Origin: an uncultured archaeon
GTDB taxonomy: Archaea; Asgardarchaeota; Thorarchaeia; Thorarchaeales; Thorarchaeaceae
Length of the DNA stretch: 23,314 bases
Assembly: GCA_964590575.1 (NCBI GenBank)
Contig: CAZPWM010000045.1
Coordinates: forward strand, 1 to 23,314
Direction: 5' to 3'
Position 1 is the stretch's first letter. The number at the start of each line of letters is the position of its first letter. The notes below the pieces were generated by a model. The model had not been told where the DNA came from. It saw nothing but the letters and a program-made list of their open reading frames with translations, and ran no database searches. Made by a program: the position numbers and the translations under genes. This document shows, one piece after another, positions 18,079 through 23,314 of this stretch.

Positions 18079-18762
18079 TCATATTATTATTAGTGTTCCA
18101 CGATCTACGGGTGTACAAGACACTGCACCTCCAACAGATACGTTATCAAGTTTCACCCAAAAATGACCTGTAGCGACTTGACAGGTTAGATCTCCGTAGA
18201 CCGTTGAATTCGTTATGTCAATACCATTATTGCCTGGACAATTTATCCCATGATGGAAGTTAATATTTTGAAAAGTTGCATTGTTAGCGGTTAAATTCAT
18301 ATTTCCATGTCCAGCCAACGCCTCGAGATCGATGGTATATGCGCTGTTTATTGTAACATTAACGGTTGCTCGCGCATCTCCTTTGTTTAAGGCACATACA
18401 TCGTTGGGGTTTATTTTCAATATCTGAATAGTCACATACTTGCCATACGAACTGTTTACTACTTGCAGATTGGTGTTCTTACCTTTTGCTCCATCGACAA
18501 GGACTGTTAATTTCCAATTAATTTTGATTATGAAACCAGGGTCATCAACCACATTGAATGTTGCATTGTGAAAACAAACATCATAATAGATTGAGATATT
18601 CTCCGCACTTGGATAGGTATCCTCATAGATGGTGACTGTTTCATCATAGTCTACCAATTCCTCTGCGGTGAGTAGTACGTATAACCCTCCAACAACAATA
18701 GCGGTAGCTAATAGCACAGCGAAGCATATACCCATTGATTTTCCTCGTCCCATTTTCTTCAC
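18079..18762 (-). CDS. Membrane-anchored or secreted beta-strand-rich protein (DUF4097/putative adhesin-like)
   Basis: Basic N-terminus plus one TM helix, then N/T/V/I-rich repeating strands with 'GHGNMNL' and 'ATGHFWV' type turns. Several N-x-S/T sequons (NIS, NAT, NSS, NVT, NLT, NST, NVS). Family call tentative. Confidence 0.6.
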   Translation of the reverse strand: MKKMGRGKSMGICFAVLLATAIVVGGLYVLLTAEELVDYDETVTIYEDTYPSAENISIYYDVCFHNATFNVVDDPGFIIKINWKLTVLVDGAKGKNTNLQVVNSSYGKYVTIQILKINPNDVCALNKGDARATVNVTINSAYTIDLEALAGHGNMNLTANNATFQNINFHHGINCPGNNGIDITNSTVYGDLTCQVATGHFWVKLDNVSVGGAVSCTPVDRGTLIII

Positions 18763-18954
18763 TTTCCATTTGCTATTTTATTGTGTATTTAGCTTATTTT
18801 TAATCATCTTGGGATTAATATAAACTTCAATACTCGACTTGATTCTCAAGTTGGATGGAACCAAATCAGACCGGTGTGGTAACCTTTTTCAACCAAGAGA
18901 ATCGCCATCAGAACAATCACCCGTGGATTCTAGACACAAACGAGGAATTAGAAG

Positions 18955-20298
18955 ATGGTCACCAAGATTACTGTCATTGGAATGGGGTATGTTGGAATCC
19001 CGTGCGCAGCCTTGCTCGCGGATGTTGATGGTTTTCTGGTCACGGGCCTTCAGCGAAGGTCAAAGAGGTCAGGATGGAAGATAGAGCATATCAATGCTGG
19101 AAAATCACCCTTTGAAGGAGATGAACCAGGTCTCGACGAACTGATTGCCAAAGTTGTGACCAAGGGATGCTTCAGTGTCACTGATGATGTTGAAGTCTTG
19201 AAAGACTCGGATGTCATTCTGATAGACGTTCAGACACCTACTGATGAGAATCACATTCCACAGTACGACTCACTGAGGGAGGTCAGTGAACAAATAGGCA
19301 AGAGAATGAAGAAAGGAACTCTTGTAATTGTGGAGTCCACAGTCGCTCCTGGAACAACACAAAATATTGTCCAAAAGATCATCGAGGAACACTCTGGCAT
19401 GACAGGTGGGGAGGATTTTGACCTTGCATTTGCATATGAACGTGTGATGCCTGGCAAATTGATCCATAACATTGTCAACCTGCCAAGAATTGTCGGAGGA
19501 ATCACCCCTCAGAGTGCTAAACGAGCTGTGGAGATCTACTCAAAAATAGTGAAAGCAAAGGTTCACCAAACAGATGTCATAACCGCAGAGGTCTCAAAGA
19601 CGATCGAGAATGCATATCGAGATGTGAACATAGCATTTGCTAACGAGATGGCCTTGGTCTGCGAGAGTCTGGGCGTCAATGTCTACGAGGTAATTAACCT
19701 CGTGAATGAGTTGCCTAGTAGAATGATGCACATTCCAGGCGCTGGTGTTGGTGGCCATTGTCTACCAAAGGATACTTGGCTTCTACGACATGGTCTGAAT
19801 GAGTATGGTTCGCAGAAGGTTGAAGCACGGTTTATCTCGCTAGCAAGGGAGATCAACAACCACATGCCAATTCACATGAGCTTGCTCATCGAGGATGCTC
19901 TTGAGGAAAAAGGTGTCAAGATTAAGGGAGCTACTATAACCATGCTTGGAATCGCATATTTGGAGAATGCAGATGATACAAGGAATACACCCGCTCTAGC
20001 ACTCATAAACGCGCTAGAGGCAAAGGGTGCGAAGGTAGTTCTCCACGACCCCTATGTACAGGATTGGGATCTCGGACGACATGAGATCGAGAGAGACATA
20101 TTCGTTGCTGCAAAGGACTCAGACTGTATTGTCCTTGTGACAAGACACAGGGACTACAATGATATCGACTTTGCAAAACTGGGAGCTATAATGAAAACGC
20201 GCACCTTCGTGGATGGTCGTAATGTCTTCGAAGAGGACAAGTTAGTTTCTCATGGCTTTGAGTATCGAGCAGTAGGGAAAGCGGGTCTGAAGAGATAG
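18955..20298 (+). CDS. UDP-N-acetylhexosamine/nucleotide-sugar 6-dehydrogenase (WecC/WbpO family)
   Basis: 'GMGYVG', 'VQTP', 'VESTVAPGTT', 'ERVMPG', 'AE..K..ENAYRDVNIAFANE', catalytic 'GVGGHCLPKD', 'DTRNTP', 'DGRN'. Confidence 0.94.
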   Translation: MVTKITVIGMGYVGIPCAALLADVDGFLVTGLQRRSKRSGWKIEHINAGKSPFEGDEPGLDELIAKVVTKGCFSVTDDVEVLKDSDVILIDVQTPTDENHIPQYDSLREVSEQIGKRMKKGTLVIVESTVAPGTTQNIVQKIIEEHSGMTGGEDFDLAFAYERVMPGKLIHNIVNLPRIVGGITPQSAKRAVEIYSKIVKAKVHQTDVITAEVSKTIENAYRDVNIAFANEMALVCESLGVNVYEVINLVNELPSRMMHIPGAGVGGHCLPKDTWLLRHGLNEYGSQKVEARFISLAREINNHMPIHMSLLIEDALEEKGVKIKGATITMLGIAYLENADDTRNTPALALINALEAKGAKVVLHDPYVQDWDLGRHEIERDIFVAAKDSDCIVLVTRHRDYNDIDFAKLGAIMKTRTFVDGRNVFEEDKLVSHGFEYRAVGKAGLKR

Positions 20299-20324
20299 AC
20301 ACACTTCCCGACGCTCGTGTTTAA

Positions 20325-21566
20325 CTATGCCCCAAACTTTTCGATGTAACCAGAGTAGCCTAGAAGCATGGGCATGACATCGATTCCTCTGATTGTATGA
20401 AGCGCTCCTTTTGCTGCATCATTCTCAGAGAACTTCGTTACCGAGTCAGAACGAATGAAATTCGACCAGAACAAGATTGGCACAGGGTCGCAAGCATGTT
20501 CTTGAACTGAAACTGGAGTGGAGTGGTCACCCGTGATAGCAATGACTACTTTGTCACCAACCTTGTACATGATTTTTCTGACCATTGCATCAGTTCTCTC
20601 GATGGCAAGTATCTTCTCTTTCGCATTACCATCATGACTGGCATTGTCAGTAGCCTTGATATGAACGAAAACATAGTTGTAGCCAGCCTCAATCGTTTCA
20701 ATCGTCTTCTCTGCGATGTTATCGAAGTTCGTGTCGATGGTCCCGGTCTGGCCTTCAACAAGTATATGCTCCATGCCAACATACTTTGCAGTCCCGATGT
20801 AGAGAGCTCCGCCAGCAATCACTGCTGCCTTAATTCCATAACGTGCGGGTAATGGAGGAACATCGCTGTGTTTACCCGGACCTCTCAGAAGAATTGCATT
20901 AGCAAGAGGGACACCCTTCTTTGCACGTTCCTTGTTGGTCTCAAGATCTTTCATCCGTTCATGTGCTACAAGCATTAGTTCATTGACTATCTTAGCAGTC
21001 TTCTCTGCTTCGGGTTTGAGTGCATGAACGGTCAGTATTTTCTTCCCGGTTTCATGGGGGTCAGTATCACTTATTTCAGCAAAGAGACCGTCACCCTCGA
21101 GAACAAGAGCTCCTCTGTGCTCAACGGTGGCAAGAAATCGAACCTTGACACCATCAATCTCGATTCCATCAAGAGCTGCCTGCAATTCAGCCTGTTCCTT
21201 GGGTGAAAAAGTTCTACCTGCTCTCCTGTCTAACACAACCATGTTTGAGTCCACAGTGGCAAAGTTAGCCCTGAAAGCAACATCACCAGGTTTTGTTTCA
21301 AGACCAGCCCCGAATGCTTCCAACGGACCTCTACCCGGATAGTCAGCTAGAGGGTCGTAGCCAAAGAGCGCAAGATGTGCTGTGTCGGAACCGGGAGTGA
21401 TGCCAGGTCCGATCACATTCATCAGTCCGCTCTGTCCTTCAGCAGCGAGTCTGTCAAAAGTGGGCGTTTCAGCAGCCTCAAGAGGCGTCTTATTGCCCAG
21501 TTCCTTTAACGGGCGGTCACCCAATCCATCCATCACCAAAAGGACTGCGGTTCTCTTATCACTCAT
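20325..21566 (-). CDS. apgM: 2,3-bisphosphoglycerate-independent phosphoglycerate mutase, archaeal type
   Basis: 'DGLGD', 'TPLEAA.TP', 'PGSDTAHL', 'GRGPLEA', 'AFRANF', 'D..SHDG', 'TGDHSTP'. Start moved to ATG 21566, 2 nt after the eno stop, with GGAGG SD inside the eno 3' end. Confidence 0.95.
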   Translation of the reverse strand: MSDKRTAVLLVMDGLGDRPLKELGNKTPLEAAETPTFDRLAAEGQSGLMNVIGPGITPGSDTAHLALFGYDPLADYPGRGPLEAFGAGLETKPGDVAFRANFATVDSNMVVLDRRAGRTFSPKEQAELQAALDGIEIDGVKVRFLATVEHRGALVLEGDGLFAEISDTDPHETGKKILTVHALKPEAEKTAKIVNELMLVAHERMKDLETNKERAKKGVPLANAILLRGPGKHSDVPPLPARYGIKAAVIAGGALYIGTAKYVGMEHILVEGQTGTIDTNFDNIAEKTIETIEAGYNYVFVHIKATDNASHDGNAKEKILAIERTDAMVRKIMYKVGDKVVIAITGDHSTPVSVQEHACDPVPILFWSNFIRSDSVTKFSENDAAKGALHTIRGIDVMPMLLGYSGYIEKFGA

Positions 21567-21568
21567 GC

Positions 21569-22867
21569 TCAGTAGTTCCTCCAAGCAGTTCTGAACTCGG
21601 AACCTGGATATCCACATTTCCCATCAAGAACATCATATATCTCGAGAAGGCGATTGTACTTCTCAACACGGTCACTACGCGCAGGACCTCCAGTCTTGAG
21701 CTGCCCAGTTCCGAGTGCAACGCAGAGGTCTGAGATGAAAGTATCACCGGTTTCTCCACTCCTATGACTTACAACAACGCTCCAGTCAGCATTGTATGCA
21801 ATAGTCGCAGCTTCTATGGCTTCTGACACGGAACCAATCTGATTCACCTTGAGGAGGAGTGAGTTCCCAGCCTTTTCTTTGATTGCTCTCCGTACAATCT
21901 CAGGGTTTGATACTGTAAGGTCATCGGTTACAACCTGAGCCTTTGTCTTCTTCATGTACTCTGCAAAGTCGTCAAATGCCTCCTCTTCGAATGGATCTTC
22001 TACATTAAAAAGTGGGAATGTCTTTTCAAGGTCAAGATAAAATTCAAGAAGTTCTGAAGCATCGATTATCTTACCGTCAATAGCGTATTTTCCATCCTTG
22101 AAGAAACCGCTGGCAGCAGCATCGATACCAAGCACAACATCTTTCTTCGGTGTGTAGCCAGCCTCTTCAATTGCACCCATGATCTCCTCAAAAGCATCAC
22201 GTGTAGCTTTCAGACCAAAGCCACAGAATCCACCTTCATCGCCAACATGCTTTGCCATTCGCCCATATCGCTTGATCATACGCTTCCCAAGGTTATGGTA
22301 GACCTCACTGATACATCGAAGTCCCTCAGGATAGGTCTTAGCACCAACTGGTAGAATCATGAATTCTTGAATTGCAAGGTCGTTCCCTGCATGTGCACCA
22401 CCGTTTATGACATTGGACATCGGGACGGGGAGTTGGTACTTAGCATCCTTTCCAATCACGTGCTGTCTCAGGTATTCGAATAGTTCCAGTTTCAGATGCG
22501 AAGCCGCCGCTACAGCTATTGCCATTGAAACTGAAAGTATGGCATTGGCTCCAAGCTTGCCTTTTCCTTTACTAGGATCAGTCTTTAGTAGGGCCTCATC
22601 GACAGCTCTTTGTGAAAGAGGGTCCACAGAGGACATAGCACCAGCCAATACTGTATTGACATTCTTCACTGCTTGAGTGACTCCCTTTCCGCCATAACGG
22701 TCTCCGCCATCTCTCAGCTCCACAGCCTCATGAATACCGGTAGATGCGCCACTTGGGACCTTAGCAACTCCGACAGTTCCATCGGAGAGTGTGACCTTGG
22801 TCATGAGTGTGGGGTTTCCTCGTGAGTCAAGAATTTCAAGTGCGTGTATCGTCGTAATCTTCACCAA
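21569..22867 (-). CDS. eno: Enolase
   Basis: 'EILDSRGNPT', 'VPSGASTG..EA.ELRD', 'LGANAIL', 'NGGAHA', 'QEFMI', 'GDEGG', 'LLKVNQIG', 'SHRSGET'. TTG start with AGGTGA SD. Confidence 0.98.
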   Translation of the reverse strand: MVKITTIHALEILDSRGNPTLMTKVTLSDGTVGVAKVPSGASTGIHEAVELRDGGDRYGGKGVTQAVKNVNTVLAGAMSSVDPLSQRAVDEALLKTDPSKGKGKLGANAILSVSMAIAVAAASHLKLELFEYLRQHVIGKDAKYQLPVPMSNVINGGAHAGNDLAIQEFMILPVGAKTYPEGLRCISEVYHNLGKRMIKRYGRMAKHVGDEGGFCGFGLKATRDAFEEIMGAIEEAGYTPKKDVVLGIDAAASGFFKDGKYAIDGKIIDASELLEFYLDLEKTFPLFNVEDPFEEEAFDDFAEYMKKTKAQVVTDDLTVSNPEIVRRAIKEKAGNSLLLKVNQIGSVSEAIEAATIAYNADWSVVVSHRSGETGDTFISDLCVALGTGQLKTGGPARSDRVEKYNRLLEIYDVLDGKCGYPGSEFRTAWRNY

Positions 22868-23127
22868 TATCTCTCACCTTTGATTAACTCGTCTAACTTC
22901 TCTGTTGTTGAGGAGTAACTAGGATTTATGTCAACCGTTCATTGTAAAGTGGACAAACTTGGATACTCATCAGACAGTTGTTTGATGGAAGGCTACTTGC
23001 AGGCAGAGATCTCGGGAGAACCTTGAAGGTTAAGACTCTTCATTTTGATATTTATTTATATGAAAGCTGTAGAGTATTTTCCATTTTGAAATATCCACTC
23101 TAGGCTATTCAAATGAGAAATATGAGG

Positions 23128-23310
23128 TTAAATAGTAGCGACCATCACTAATCTTGTTAATTATTATAACGACCTTAAATAGTAAAATTCAGGACTGGTA
23201 CATGGAGAAACGATGATGGGACAAGACATCCAGTGCCACTCCTGGAAGCAACGGCGGAGGCCAAGCCCAAAGCCAAAGCACAAGTCAATGACTGGCAATT
23301 ATTATAACGA
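23128..23310. repeat. Short direct repeats in AT-rich intergenic region
   Basis: AATTATTATAACGA at 23159-23172 and 23297-23310; TTAAATAGTA (TATA-like) at 23128-23137 and 23175-23184. Confidence 0.55.
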
Positions 23311-23314
23311 TTCA

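Larger units (their letters stand above)
16446..18102. repeat. Perfect 25-bp direct repeat pair (16446-16470 and 18078-18102) within the longer diverged duplication
   Basis: CTCATATTATTATTAGTGTTCCACG is present at both positions, flanking the C45 peptidase gene. Confidence 0.9.

Noticed and set aside
16447-18214. Diversity-generating retroelement template/variable repeat pair (131-136 bp, at a gene 3' end, with an invariant tail)
   Set aside because: Mismatches are not adenine-specific (many C/T and other synonymous changes), there is a 5-nt indel, and no reverse transcriptase is in the window.
18841-18903. Imperfect inverted repeat GATTCTC...GAGAATC upstream of the dehydrogenase
   Set aside because: Short stem with bulges and a long loop; compatible with chance, and no second copy or known RNA motif.
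5927-20327. Genome-wide TAG reassignment
   Set aside because: atpE, atpK, the dehydrogenase and apgM end at TAG at family-typical lengths, next to convergent genes. Only one internal TAG candidate was found.
149-22676. Numerous short antisense or alternate-frame ORFs in the track (e.g. 350-580, 4141-4422, 6090-6374, 8164-8427, 10544-10804, 13098-13406, 16758-17006, 22407-22676)
   Set aside because: They overlap well-supported genes and show no recognisable motifs; treated as shadow ORFs.
22868-23314. CRISPR leader/array or tRNA in the AT-rich terminal region
   Set aside because: Repeats are only 10-14 bp with two copies each and non-CRISPR spacing; no cloverleaf or T-loop motif recognised; no cas genes.

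Overview
Archaeal genomic window, most consistent with an Asgard archaeon such as Thorarchaeia (inferred from gene content, archaeal apgM and A/V-type ATPase; not verifiable here). From left to right: (1) the end of a winged-HTH gene and a ~780-aa all-helical TPR/SNAP-like protein; (2) a fragmented A/V-type ATPase locus with only membrane and stator subunits (I/a, H/G, E, K/c, C/d) in three units of alternating orientation, next to two small membrane proteins, one AtpZ/AtpI-like and one 4-TM protein whose apparent reading frame has an in-frame TAG at codon 6; (3) a LarA-family racemase/epimerase convergent with a GlpK-like FGGY kinase; (4) a GIY-YIG nuclease, an NDP-sugar epimerase and a UPF0182 membrane protein; (5) an accessory patch with an atypical peptide deformylase, a frameshifted paralog remnant, a C45 Ntn-hydrolase and a membrane-anchored beta-rich protein; (6) a nucleotide-sugar dehydrogenase and an eno-apgM pair; (7) an AT-rich terminal region with short direct repeats. 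No rRNA, tRNA, CRISPR array or transposase was recognised. All family calls come from motif recognition by eye, not database searches.
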